64,000 nt of DNA from Candidatus Sericytochromatia bacterium. GTDB taxonomy: Bacteria; Cyanobacteriota; Sericytochromatia; S15B-MN24; UBA4093. Each line of letters starts with the position of its first letter. Position 1 is the first letter of the stretch. A program made the position numbers and the translations under genes. The stretch is from positions 192,001 through 256,000 of the forward strand of contig JAKFBU010000026.1 in NCBI GenBank assembly GCA_036676985.1, written 5' to 3'. This document shows, piece by piece, positions 55,457-64,000 of the stretch. The notes under the pieces were generated by a model. It did no database searches and was not told the DNA's origin. It saw nothing but the letters and a program-made list of their open reading frames with translations.

Positions 55457-56650
55457 ATGAAAGAAGTCGTCCTGGTAGATGGCATTCGCACTCCCTTTGG
55501 CAACTTCGGGGGCGTCCTCAAGGACCTCAACGCACCGGAGCTCGGCCGCATCGTCGTCGCGGAGCTCCTCAAGCGCAACCCCAACGCCAAGGACGCGATC
55601 GATCAGGTGATCATGGGCAACGTGGGCCAGGGATCCGAGGCCCCGAACGTGGCGCGCGTCGTCAGCTTGCGCGCGGGCATCCCCCTCGACAAGACCGCCT
55701 ACACGGTTCAGCGCAACTGCGGCTCGGGCCTCCAGGCCATGATCAACTCGTACCAGGAGATCATGCTGGGCGACGCCGACGTGGTCCTCACGGGCGGCAT
55801 GGAGTCCATGAGCAGCTACCCCTTCCTCAGCCGCGACATGCGCTTCGGCAAGCGCATGCGCAACTCGGAGCTCATCGACTCCATGTGGGAGGGCCTCACG
55901 GACCCCGTCTGCGGCCAGCTGATGGGCCAGACGGCCGAGAACCTGGCCGAGGAGTTCGGCATCTCCCGCGAGGAGCAGGACCAGTACGCCGTCAACTCCC
56001 ACAAGAAGGCCTTCCGGGCCGCCCGCTCGGGGGTGTTCGCCGACGAGATCATGACCGTCGAGGTCCCCAAGAAGGCCGCGGGCAAGGACGTCCCGCCCGA
56101 GCCCATCTCGGCCGACGAGGGCCCCAACCCCGCCCTCAGTCTTCAAATGCTCGGCATGTACCCGACCATCTTCAAGAAGGGCGGCAGCGTCACGCCGGGT
56201 AACGCCTGCGGCACCAACGACGGCGCGGTGGCCCTGCTCATGATGAGCGGCGACAAGGCCAGCGAGCTCGGCTACAAGCCCTTGGCCATCGTGCGCGGCT
56301 ACGTCAACGTGGGCCTCGAGCCCGAGCGCATGGGCTACGGCCCGGCCATGGCCATCCCCGCGGTCCTCAAGAAGGCCGGCCTCACGCTCGACCAGATGGA
56401 CGTCATCGAGATCAACGAGGCCTTCGCGGCCCAGGTCCTCTCGTGCGCCAAGTCGCTCGAGCTGGACACGGACAAGCTCAACCCCAACGGCGGCGCGATC
56501 GCCCTCGGCCACCCGGTCGGCGCCTCGGGCGCCCGTCTCGCCCTGACCTTGGCCAAGGAGCTGCAGCGCCGCGGCGGCAAGTACGGCGTGGCCTCGCTGT
56601 GCATCGGCGGCGGCCAGGGCATCGCCATGGTCCTCGAGAATCCCAACTAG
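55457..56650 (+). CDS. Acetyl-CoA C-acyltransferase (thiolase)
   Basis: NCGSG, NEAFAAQ, GGAIALGHPVGASG, CIGGGQG. Confidence 0.95.
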   Translation: MKEVVLVDGIRTPFGNFGGVLKDLNAPELGRIVVAELLKRNPNAKDAIDQVIMGNVGQGSEAPNVARVVSLRAGIPLDKTAYTVQRNCGSGLQAMINSYQEIMLGDADVVLTGGMESMSSYPFLSRDMRFGKRMRNSELIDSMWEGLTDPVCGQLMGQTAENLAEEFGISREEQDQYAVNSHKKAFRAARSGVFADEIMTVEVPKKAAGKDVPPEPISADEGPNPALSLQMLGMYPTIFKKGGSVTPGNACGTNDGAVALLMMSGDKASELGYKPLAIVRGYVNVGLEPERMGYGPAMAIPAVLKKAGLTLDQMDVIEINEAFAAQVLSCAKSLELDTDKLNPNGGAIALGHPVGASGARLALTLAKELQRRGGKYGVASLCIGGGQGIAMVLENPN

Positions 56651-56745
56651 AGGCCCCCCAACACCAGGCATTAGAGCCGTTCATTAATGGAACAGTGTTG
56701 GGGGACCTCTGTAGTCCCCCCGGACGATAAGGAGAGAGTCGTCAA

Positions 56746-58797
56746 ATGGCAGTCGAAACCCATAACAAGCCAGGCCTCAACGCGAAGCCCCTGCCGATCT
56801 TCAAGGTCGGCGTCGTCGGCGGCGGGGCCATGGGCGGCGGCATCGCCCAGGTCGTCTCCAACGCGGGCCTGCCCGTGATCATCAAGGACATCAACCAGGA
56901 TGCCGTGGACAAGGGCCTCAAGGCGGCCCGCAAGGTCTACGAGGGCCGCGTCAAGAAGGGCAAGATGTCCGCCTCCGAGATGGAGCAGAAGATGGCCCTC
57001 ATCTCGGGGACCACGACCTGGGAAGGCTTCGACGACGTGGACCTGGTCATCGAGGCGGTGACCGAGCGCATGGACGTCAAGAAGGCCGTCTTCAAGGAGC
57101 TGGACCAGGTCACGCCCAAGCATGCGATCCTGGCCTCCAACACCTCGGCCCTCTCCCTGACGGAGCTGGGCAGCGTGACCTCGCGCCCCGACAAGGTCGG
57201 CGGCCTGCACTTCTTCAACCCGGCGCCCGTCATGAAGCTCGTGGAAGTCATCGAGGCCGACACCTCGTCGCCCGAGACCATGGCGACCCTGATGGCCTTC
57301 TGCAAGGACATCCGCAAGCACCCGGTGCTGGTCAAGGACAAGGCGGGCTTCCTGGTCAACCGCCTGTTGCTCGCGAGCTTCAACGAGGCCGTGACCTCGC
57401 TGCAGGAGGGGGCTGCGAGCGCCGAGCAGATCGACATGGTCGTCCCCAGCCAGGGCTTCCCCATGGGGCCCTTCGTGCTGGCGGACATGCTGGGCGTCGA
57501 GGTCTGCAACGAGGTCGTGCACACGCTGAATGCGGCGTTCGGCGATCGCTTCAAGCCCACCGAGCTGCTCGACTGGATGACCGCCGAGGGCCGCTGGGGC
57601 CAGAAGAAGGGTGCCGGCTTCTACTCGTACAACGACGAGGCCGAGAACCCCGTCCCCAAGAAGATCGAGGAGATCATCGCCAAGAACGGCAAGGCCAAGA
57701 TCCCCTTCGATCCCGAGCGCTTCGTGCTGCCGATGATCAACGAGGCGGCCTACATCCTGCAGGAAGGCGTGGCCTCGGCCGAGGACATCGACCCCTCCAT
57801 GCAGATGGGCACCGGCATGGGCCGTGGTCCTTTGCTGATCGCGGACACCATGGGCCTCGACGTGGTCGTCGAGCGCCTCGAGTTCTACGCCAAGGAAGTG
57901 GGCGAGCGCTTCACGCCCGCACCCTTCCTCAAGGAGCTGGTCGCCCAGGGCAAGCTCGGCGTCAAGACCGGAGAGGGCTTCTTGACCCGCGAGAAGGTCG
58001 AGGAGGGCACCAAGGTCCGGCAGTTCGTGAAGCTCGCCGTGGACGAGGCGGTCGCGGTCGTCACCATCGACAACCCGCCCGCCAACTCGCTGAACTCGAA
58101 CGTCATGGCCGAGCTGGCCGACGTGATGGACGAGTTGGCGGCCGACAACGCCGTCAAGGCCATCGTGCTCACGGGTGCGCCCAACAACAACTGCTTCGTG
58201 GCGGGCGCGGACATCAAGGAGATCGCCGAGATCCAGGGCGGCGCCGAGGCGACCAAGCTGGTCGGCGGCGGCCAGGCCGTCTTCGACAAGATCGAGGCCA
58301 TGAAGAAGCCCGTCATCGTCGCCATCAACGGCTTCTGCCTGGGCGGCGGCTGCGAGCTGGCCATGTCGGCGCACATCCGCATCGCCTCGGACAAGGCCAA
58401 GTTCGGCCAGCCGGAGATCAACCTGGGCATCATCCCGGGCTTCGGCGGCACGCAGCGCCTGCCGCGCATCATCGGCTACGCCAATGCCACCGAGTGGATC
58501 CTGACGGGCGACCTCTACACCGCCCAGCAGGCCCTGCGCGTGGGCCTGGTCCAGAAGGTCGTGCCCGCGGGCGACGAGCTCAACCAGGCCGTGGCGCTCG
58601 CCAAGAAGATCGCCTCGAAGGGCCGGCTCGCCATCCAGTACTCGATGGAGGCCATGTACGAGGGCCGCGACAAGAGCCTCAAGGAGGCCCTCAAGGTCGA
58701 GGCCGCCAAGTTCGGCAAGGTCTGCGAGACCGAGGACAAGCAGATCGGCGTCAAGGCCTTCATCACCAAGACTCAGCCCAAGTTCGTGGATCGTTAG
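56746..58797 (+). CDS. 3-hydroxyacyl-CoA dehydrogenase / enoyl-CoA hydratase fusion (dehydrogenase first)
   Basis: GGGAMGGG, SNTS, HFFNP, two 3HCDH C-domains, then AGADI, GGGCEL, PEINLGIIPGFGGTQRL. Confidence 0.92.
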   Translation: MAVETHNKPGLNAKPLPIFKVGVVGGGAMGGGIAQVVSNAGLPVIIKDINQDAVDKGLKAARKVYEGRVKKGKMSASEMEQKMALISGTTTWEGFDDVDLVIEAVTERMDVKKAVFKELDQVTPKHAILASNTSALSLTELGSVTSRPDKVGGLHFFNPAPVMKLVEVIEADTSSPETMATLMAFCKDIRKHPVLVKDKAGFLVNRLLLASFNEAVTSLQEGAASAEQIDMVVPSQGFPMGPFVLADMLGVEVCNEVVHTLNAAFGDRFKPTELLDWMTAEGRWGQKKGAGFYSYNDEAENPVPKKIEEIIAKNGKAKIPFDPERFVLPMINEAAYILQEGVASAEDIDPSMQMGTGMGRGPLLIADTMGLDVVVERLEFYAKEVGERFTPAPFLKELVAQGKLGVKTGEGFLTREKVEEGTKVRQFVKLAVDEAVAVVTIDNPPANSLNSNVMAELADVMDELAADNAVKAIVLTGAPNNNCFVAGADIKEIAEIQGGAEATKLVGGGQAVFDKIEAMKKPVIVAINGFCLGGGCELAMSAHIRIASDKAKFGQPEINLGIIPGFGGTQRLPRIIGYANATEWILTGDLYTAQQALRVGLVQKVVPAGDELNQAVALAKKIASKGRLAIQYSMEAMYEGRDKSLKEALKVEAAKFGKVCETEDKQIGVKAFITKTQPKFVDR

Positions 58798-58831
58798 GGT
58801 CGCACTTCGCGATTAGTGAGGAGAATCAACC

Positions 58832-60001
58832 ATGGATTTCAACTTCTCTGAAGAGCACCAGATGCTCCGGCAGATGGCCAAGGACTTCGTCGATCGCGAA
58901 ATCCGCCCCCTGGCGGACAAGCACGACAAGGAAGAGCACATCGACAAGGAGATCATCCTCAAGATGGCGGAGCAGGGCTTCCTCGGCTCCAACATCCCCG
59001 AGGAGTACGGCGGCTCGGGCATCGGCGACATCGGCAACGCCATCCTGGCCGAGGAGATCGGCCGCGCGGACTCGAGCCTGGGCGTCACCATGGGCGCGCA
59101 CGGCGGCATCGGCACCTACGGCATCGTCATCGACGGCACCGAGGAGCAGAAGCGCAAGTACCTGCCCAAGCTCGCCGCCGGCGAGCTGATCGCGGCCTTC
59201 GCCCTTACCGAGCCGGGCGCCGGTTCGGACGCGGCGGCCATCAAGACCCGCGCCGAGCGTGACGGGGACGACTGGGTCCTCAACGGCAACAAGATGTGGA
59301 TCACCAACGGCGGCACGGCGGACCTGTTCACGGTGTTCGCCGTGACGGATCCCGCCCTCGGCGCCCGCGGCGGCGTGACGGCGTTCCTCGTCGAGCGCGC
59401 CTTCGGCGGCGTGGAGAGCGGCCCCAAGGAAAAGAAGATGGGCATCAAGGGGTCGGACACCCGCGAGGTCTTCTTCAAGAACGTCCGCATCCCCAAGGAG
59501 AACGTGCTCGGCCAGGTGGGCCTCGGCTTCGTGACCGCCATGAAGATCCTGGACAAGGGCCGCCTGAGCCTGGGCGCGGCCGCCCTGGGTGCCGCCAAGG
59601 AAGCGATGGACCTGGCCGTCAAGCACGCCACGACCCGCATCCAGTTCGGCAAGCCCATCGCCGAGCAGCAGGCCATCCAGTTCTACCTCGCCGAGATGGC
59701 CACCCGCATCTTCGCGATGGAGCAGATGGTGTACTACACCGCCTGGCAGGCCGAGTCGGGCCAGAAGATCACCGAGACCGGCTCGATGGTCAAGCTGTTC
59801 TGCACCGAGAACTCGAGCTGGGTCGTCAACAAGGCCCTGCAGATCCACGGCGGCATCGGCTACTCGGGCGAGTACCCGATCGAGCGCATGTTCCGCGACG
59901 CCCGCATCTACGAGATCTTCGAGGGCACCAACGAGATCCAGAAGCTGGTCATCGCGCGCAACGTGCTCAAGCAGTACGCCAAGGAGATGGCCCGCGTCTA
60001 G
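58832..60001 (+). CDS. Acyl-CoA dehydrogenase
   Basis: FALTEPGAGSD, NGNKMWITNG, KMGIKGS, QIHGGIG, IFEGTNEIQ. Confidence 0.95.
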   Translation: MDFNFSEEHQMLRQMAKDFVDREIRPLADKHDKEEHIDKEIILKMAEQGFLGSNIPEEYGGSGIGDIGNAILAEEIGRADSSLGVTMGAHGGIGTYGIVIDGTEEQKRKYLPKLAAGELIAAFALTEPGAGSDAAAIKTRAERDGDDWVLNGNKMWITNGGTADLFTVFAVTDPALGARGGVTAFLVERAFGGVESGPKEKKMGIKGSDTREVFFKNVRIPKENVLGQVGLGFVTAMKILDKGRLSLGAAALGAAKEAMDLAVKHATTRIQFGKPIAEQQAIQFYLAEMATRIFAMEQMVYYTAWQAESGQKITETGSMVKLFCTENSSWVVNKALQIHGGIGYSGEYPIERMFRDARIYEIFEGTNEIQKLVIARNVLKQYAKEMARV

Positions 60002-60015
60002 CACTGGGTGAGTCG

Positions 60016-60045
60016 GAGAGCGGGGCCTGGCCCCGCTCTCTTTTT
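60016..60045 (+). terminator. Intra-operon intrinsic terminator
   Basis: GAGAGCGGGGC-loop-GCCCCGCTCTC-TTTTT. Confidence 0.7.
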
Positions 60046-60056
60046 ACGAGGTGACC

Positions 60057-60839
60057 ATGAACATCGTCGTGACCATCAAGCAGGTCCCCGATACCACCGA
60101 CGTCCGACTGGATCAGGCGACGGGCGTTTTGCAGCGGGACCGCGCCAAGGGGATGACCAATCCCGAGGACAAGTACGCCCTGGAGCTGGCCATCGGCCTC
60201 AAGGAGAAGCTGGGAGGCAAGGTGACCGTCCTCTCCCTGGGCCCCGAGACGGCCAAGGACTCCCTCAAGGAAGCCCTCGCCATGGGAGCCGACGAGGCCT
60301 ATCTCGTCAGCGACCCCGCGGCCAAGGGCTCGGATGCCGTCACGACCGCCCGGGTCCTGGCGGCCGCCATCGATAAGATCGGCCCGGCGGACCTCGTGCT
60401 CTCGGGCCGCCGCTCCATCGACGGCTGGACGGGGGCCATCGCCCCCATGCTCGCCGAGGCCCTCAAGCTGCCCCTGGTCTCGGGCGTGCGCAAGCTGGAA
60501 GTGAACGCGAGCCAGCTGGTCGCCGAGCAGGACTGGGAGGACAGCGTCCGGGTCGTCGAGAGCTCCCTGCCCGCGGTGGCCAGCGTGACCCGCGAGGCCA
60601 AGAGCCCGCGCATCGCGACCGCCATGGGCATCATGAAGGCCGCCAAGAAGCCCCTCACCGCCTGGACGCTTGCGGACCTCGGCCTCTCGCCCGAGAGCGT
60701 GGGCTTGGCTGGCTCGAGCACCAAGGTGGTGCGCGTCAGCACGGCCGAGCGCAAGAAGCGCGCCCAGGTCTTCGAGGGCGCGGGCGCCGGCACCATCTCC
60801 GAGCTGAACCAGAAGCTGGCCGGCCGGGGCCTCGTGTAG
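60057..60839 (+). CDS. etfB: Electron transfer flavoprotein beta subunit
   Basis: IKQVPD, NPED..ALE, AMGAD, SIDG.TG. Confidence 0.92.
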   Translation: MNIVVTIKQVPDTTDVRLDQATGVLQRDRAKGMTNPEDKYALELAIGLKEKLGGKVTVLSLGPETAKDSLKEALAMGADEAYLVSDPAAKGSDAVTTARVLAAAIDKIGPADLVLSGRRSIDGWTGAIAPMLAEALKLPLVSGVRKLEVNASQLVAEQDWEDSVRVVESSLPAVASVTREAKSPRIATAMGIMKAAKKPLTAWTLADLGLSPESVGLAGSSTKVVRVSTAERKKRAQVFEGAGAGTISELNQKLAGRGLV

Positions 60840-60848
60840 GAGGGAAGG

Positions 60849-61955
60849 ATGAGCAACGAACTAGACAACCCCTGGCTGGACTGGGCCTCGACCCAGGAGG
60901 CGGCGCTTTCGGCGTCCACGGGCGGCACCCTCAACACGGGCAACGAGTACCGCAACATCTGGGTCTTCAGCGAGGTCAAGGACGGCTTCGTCTCGCCCGA
61001 GACCAAGCAGGTCTTCTACAAGGCCCGCGAGCTGGGCGACCTCCTGGGCGCGCGCGTCCAGGCCGTGATCCTGGGCGAGGGCGTCGAGAAGCTCGCCAAG
61101 GACCTGATCGGCTACGGCGCCGACACCGTGATGGTGGCCGAGCACCCGCTCTTGTCTGACTTGCAACTGGAGGCCGCGACCAAGGCCCTCGGCCAGCTGG
61201 TCGAGACGTACAAGCCCGAGATCTTCCTCTTCGCGGGCACGCGGCTCGCCGAGGACCTGGCGCCCCGGCTCGCGCTCAGGGTGGGCACCGGCTACATCGC
61301 CGACGCCATCGACCTGGAGCTGGACGACGCCGAGCGCCTCCTGCGGGTGACCCGCTCGGGCTTCGGCGGCAAGCTGCAGACCGTCAGCGTCATCGGCGAG
61401 CGCAAGCCACAGATTGCGACCGTGCGCCTGGGCGTGTACCGCGAGGCCGACTTCGACCGCTTCCGCGGCGGCGAGGTCGCTCCGGTAGCGGTGGACCTCA
61501 CGGACGCCGACCGCATGACGCGGGTGGTCGAGACCCGGCCCACCGAGGGCCCGAGCCTCGAGAACGCCCGGATCATCGTGGCGGGCGGCAAGGGCGTGGG
61601 CGACGCCGAGACCTGGAAGCTGGTCGAGCAGCTCGCCGAGGCCCTGGGTGGGGTGGTCGGGGCCACCAAGAGTGCCGTGGCCGCCGGCTGGGCGACCCCC
61701 GATCGCCAGATCGGACAGGCCGGCAAGAAGGTCAAGCCCGACCTGTACGTGGCCGTGGGCATCTCGGGCTCCCTGGATCACCAGGGCGGCATGGCCCAGG
61801 CCCGCTCCATCGTGGCCGTCAACACGGACCGCGAGGCGCCCATCGCGGCCCTGGCGGACTACGTGCTGGCCGGGGACCTCAAGGAGGTCCTGCCGGCCTG
61901 GATCAAGGCCCTGCACGAGCGGCAAGGCAAGAAACTGCCGGCCGGCGTCAACTAG
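60849..61955 (+). CDS. etfA: Electron transfer flavoprotein alpha subunit
   Basis: IIVAGGKG, QIGQAG, PDLYVAVGISG..H..GM, VNTD..API. Confidence 0.92.
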   Translation: MSNELDNPWLDWASTQEAALSASTGGTLNTGNEYRNIWVFSEVKDGFVSPETKQVFYKARELGDLLGARVQAVILGEGVEKLAKDLIGYGADTVMVAEHPLLSDLQLEAATKALGQLVETYKPEIFLFAGTRLAEDLAPRLALRVGTGYIADAIDLELDDAERLLRVTRSGFGGKLQTVSVIGERKPQIATVRLGVYREADFDRFRGGEVAPVAVDLTDADRMTRVVETRPTEGPSLENARIIVAGGKGVGDAETWKLVEQLAEALGGVVGATKSAVAAGWATPDRQIGQAGKKVKPDLYVAVGISGSLDHQGGMAQARSIVAVNTDREAPIAALADYVLAGDLKEVLPAWIKALHERQGKKLPAGVN

Positions 61956-61969
61956 AAGCGTCATTGGAC

Positions 61970-61996
61970 GAGGGGCCCACCGGGCCCCTCTTTTTT
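61970..61996 (+). terminator. Intrinsic terminator
   Basis: GAGGGGCCC-ACC-GGGCCCCTC-TTTTTT. Confidence 0.85.
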
Positions 61997-62038
61997 GTGC
62001 TAAACTGATCCCGTTAGTATTTAGGTCACAGGCGGTCC

Positions 62039-62947
62039 GTGCAAACGCTCTTCATCTGCTTGATACTGCTCAGCCTCGGTGGCGCGTGCCTCGCGGGCTA
62101 CATGTTCGCCCACTGGACGCGGACCCGGCGCGTCGAGGCTGATCGCCTCGAGGTCATCCGCCTCCTGGAGGAGCGCACCCAGGAGCTCGAGCGCACCAAC
62201 GGCCAGCTCGAGCACACGCTCGAGGAGCTGCGTCGCCTGGCCTCCATCAAGGACGAGTTCCTCTCGGTGGTGAGCCACGAGCTGCGCACCCCCCTCTCCT
62301 CCATCCTCGGCTACGGCGAGTTCCTGGAGGACGAGCTGCCCGGCGACCTGACGGGCGACCAGCCGGAGTACGTGGCGCGGATCATGCAGGCGGCCCGTCA
62401 GATGGGCATGCTCGTCGACGACCTCCTGGACCTCACGCGCATCGCCTCGGGCACCCTGCGCCTCGACATGCGCGAGGTTGCCGTGCCGGACCTCATGGTC
62501 CAGGCCTCCGCCATTGCGGCCCCCCTCCTCGAGCCCAAGCGCCAGATGCTGCACCTGGAGGTCTCGGGCGTCTCGATGGTGACGGCGGATCCGGGCCGGC
62601 TCCTGCAGGTCCTCCTCAACCTCCTCTCCAACGCCGCCAAGTTCTCGCCCGAGGGCAGTCCCATCGTCCTCAAGGCCGAGGGTACTCCAGAGGGAGTGGC
62701 CATCAGCGTGGTGGACCAGGGCGTGGGCATCGAGGCCTCCGAGCACGAGGCCATCTTCGAGCGCTTCTACCAGAGCGATCGCTCCTTGACTCGTCAGGCG
62801 GGCGGGGTGGGCCTCGGCCTCTCCATCGTGAAGCACCTGGTCGAGCTGCATCACGGCAAGGTGCAGGTCCTGAGCGAGCCCGGCACCGGAGCGACCTTCC
62901 GCGTGATGCTCCCCGTGGCCGTTCCGGCCGCCCCGGCGCGTGTTTGA
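62039..62947 (+). CDS. Membrane-anchored histidine kinase without an obvious sensor domain
   Basis: One TM helix, coiled coil, SHELRTP, NAAKF, GVGLGL. Confidence 0.9.
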   Translation: MQTLFICLILLSLGGACLAGYMFAHWTRTRRVEADRLEVIRLLEERTQELERTNGQLEHTLEELRRLASIKDEFLSVVSHELRTPLSSILGYGEFLEDELPGDLTGDQPEYVARIMQAARQMGMLVDDLLDLTRIASGTLRLDMREVAVPDLMVQASAIAAPLLEPKRQMLHLEVSGVSMVTADPGRLLQVLLNLLSNAAKFSPEGSPIVLKAEGTPEGVAISVVDQGVGIEASEHEAIFERFYQSDRSLTRQAGGVGLGLSIVKHLVELHHGKVQVLSEPGTGATFRVMLPVAVPAAPARV

Positions 62948-63055
62948 CAAGCGGGTTAATTTTACTTTAAGGTTGGGTCAAGAACGTCAGTAGCCAATCC
63001 GGTGGGCGATAACTGTCATAGCCCGATTGGCACGCATTCGAGACGAGGAGGACCC

Positions 63056-63769
63056 ATGTTCCGGAACGGTCAGCGTCACGTCACGGCCCTTGCGCTGGTC
63101 CTGCTGTTGGCAGGCTGCGGCACGGCGGCCCCTCAGGCGCGCGTCGCCTCGTCGACCAAGGTGGCGGCCAACCAGGTGGTCCCGTCGGACGCCGAGCTCA
63201 AGCGCCTCGAGTCGCGCTCGCCCGACTACCTCGTCGAGGACGCCGCGCTGGAGCCCGGCATGCAGGCCGAGGGCCTGTGGCCCAAGCCGCCCGCCGAGGA
63301 CCTCGGCAACTTCGGCAAGGTGGACGAGACCCTGTGGCGCGGCGCTCGCCCGACCGAGAAGGGGCTCGCCCAGCTGAAGTCGATGGGCGTCAAGACCATC
63401 GTGAACTTCGAGAACGACAAGAAGGCCGTCGAGAGCGAGGCCGCGTGGTGCAAGGCCAACGGCGTGACGTTCGTCTCGATTCCCCTGAGCGTCATCACCC
63501 CGCCCAAGGTCTCCAAGGTCAACGAGTTCCTGGCGCTGGCGAACGATCAGGCGTCGCGTCCCCTGTACTTCCACTGCATGCAGGGTCGCGATCGCACCGG
63601 CACGGCGGCCTTCGCGTACCGCGTGAGCCACGACGGCTGGGACTACGACCGGGCCTACGAGGAGATGAAGTCCTACAAGTTCCACACCTACCTGGTGGGG
63701 CTGCGCGGCTTCCTGATCTGGTACGCCAAGACCCAGAAGCCCGGGTCGAGCGTGGCCGTTCAGTACTAA
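63056..63769 (+). CDS. Lipoprotein protein-tyrosine/dual-specificity phosphatase family protein
   Basis: Lipobox LAGC; NFGKVDETLWRGARP; HCMQGRDRTG (CX5R). Confidence 0.88.
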   Translation: MFRNGQRHVTALALVLLLAGCGTAAPQARVASSTKVAANQVVPSDAELKRLESRSPDYLVEDAALEPGMQAEGLWPKPPAEDLGNFGKVDETLWRGARPTEKGLAQLKSMGVKTIVNFENDKKAVESEAAWCKANGVTFVSIPLSVITPPKVSKVNEFLALANDQASRPLYFHCMQGRDRTGTAAFAYRVSHDGWDYDRAYEEMKSYKFHTYLVGLRGFLIWYAKTQKPGSSVAVQY

Positions 63770-63781
63770 GCTTCAACGTTG

Positions 63782-63824
63782 CGCTGAGCGGGTCGTCCAT
63801 CGGACGACCCGCTCAGCGGCTTTT
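63782..63824 (+). terminator. Intrinsic terminator
   Basis: 17-bp perfect stem CGCTGAGCGGGTCGTCC-ATC-GGACGACCCGCTCAGCG then GCTTTT. Confidence 0.7.
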
Positions 63825-63849
63825 GGGGCATGCTTGCCGGGGCCTTGCC

Positions 63850-64000
63850 CTGGATTCCCGCTTTCGCGGGAATGACGGGAGTGCTCATTCTCGTGACAAT
63901 CGGAAGGCTCGCTTTCGCGGGAATGACGGGAGCGGTTACTCTCGTGCCAATCGAAAGACCCGATTTCACCGGTACGCCGGCGCTCCCGTCACCCCCGCGA
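63850..64000. repeat. REP cluster with 51-bp tandem duplication
   Basis: Reverse REP 63851-63880, partial reverse REP 63910-63931 within 51-bp tandem units, forward REP from 63981 cut by window end. Confidence 0.85.

Noticed and set aside
2490-56500. GCGATCGC (HIP1) occurrences as a cyanobacterial signature
   Set aside because: Frequent by chance at this GC content; enrichment cannot be judged without an expected-count model
63859-63966. Possible CRISPR array
   Set aside because: The inter-repeat segments are similar to each other (tandem duplication), there are only two full units, and no cas genes are present
63766-63969. 67-aa ORF containing VIPAKAGIQ
   Set aside because: Translation of the REP repeats, not a credible gene
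1-64000. tRNA, rRNA, integrase or transposase genes
   Set aside because: None recognised on either strand by inspection

Overview
GC-rich bacterial chromosomal window made up mostly of core genes. It contains a DHH-CBS tRNA nucleotidyltransferase, two ssb genes, gpsA, sugar-phosphate and glycogen genes, rpsF-ssb-rpsR (with an S6:S18 leader), pheST, a roadblock-pilB-pilT-pilC-sigF cluster, mlaEFD, tgt, aroH, rph and a TetR-led beta-oxidation/ETF operon. The cyanobacterium-like gene types combined with very high GC suggest a non-photosynthetic Cyanobacteriota relative such as Ca. Sericytochromatia (inference). Most notable observations: (1) a lower-GC stand-alone GIY-YIG nuclease gene bracketed by 40-bp inverted CGTC-tagged REP palindromes, with seven further full or partial copies in three other intergenic loci, i.e. 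a REPtron-like system built on a GIY-YIG nuclease rather than a RAYT; (2) a Ser/Thr kinase-STAND ATPase-TPR-GAF-GAF-GGDEF protein translationally coupled to a stand-alone protein of four MshEN-like motifs, near a pilus cluster whose PilB also has an MshEN-like N-terminus; (3) a CGCAGAT-based palindromic element between pheS and pheT, an 81-bp MITE-like element, an unlisted 36-aa membrane ORF, and a pseudogene remnant that reveals a local duplication. All calls come from reading the sequence; no database searches were run.
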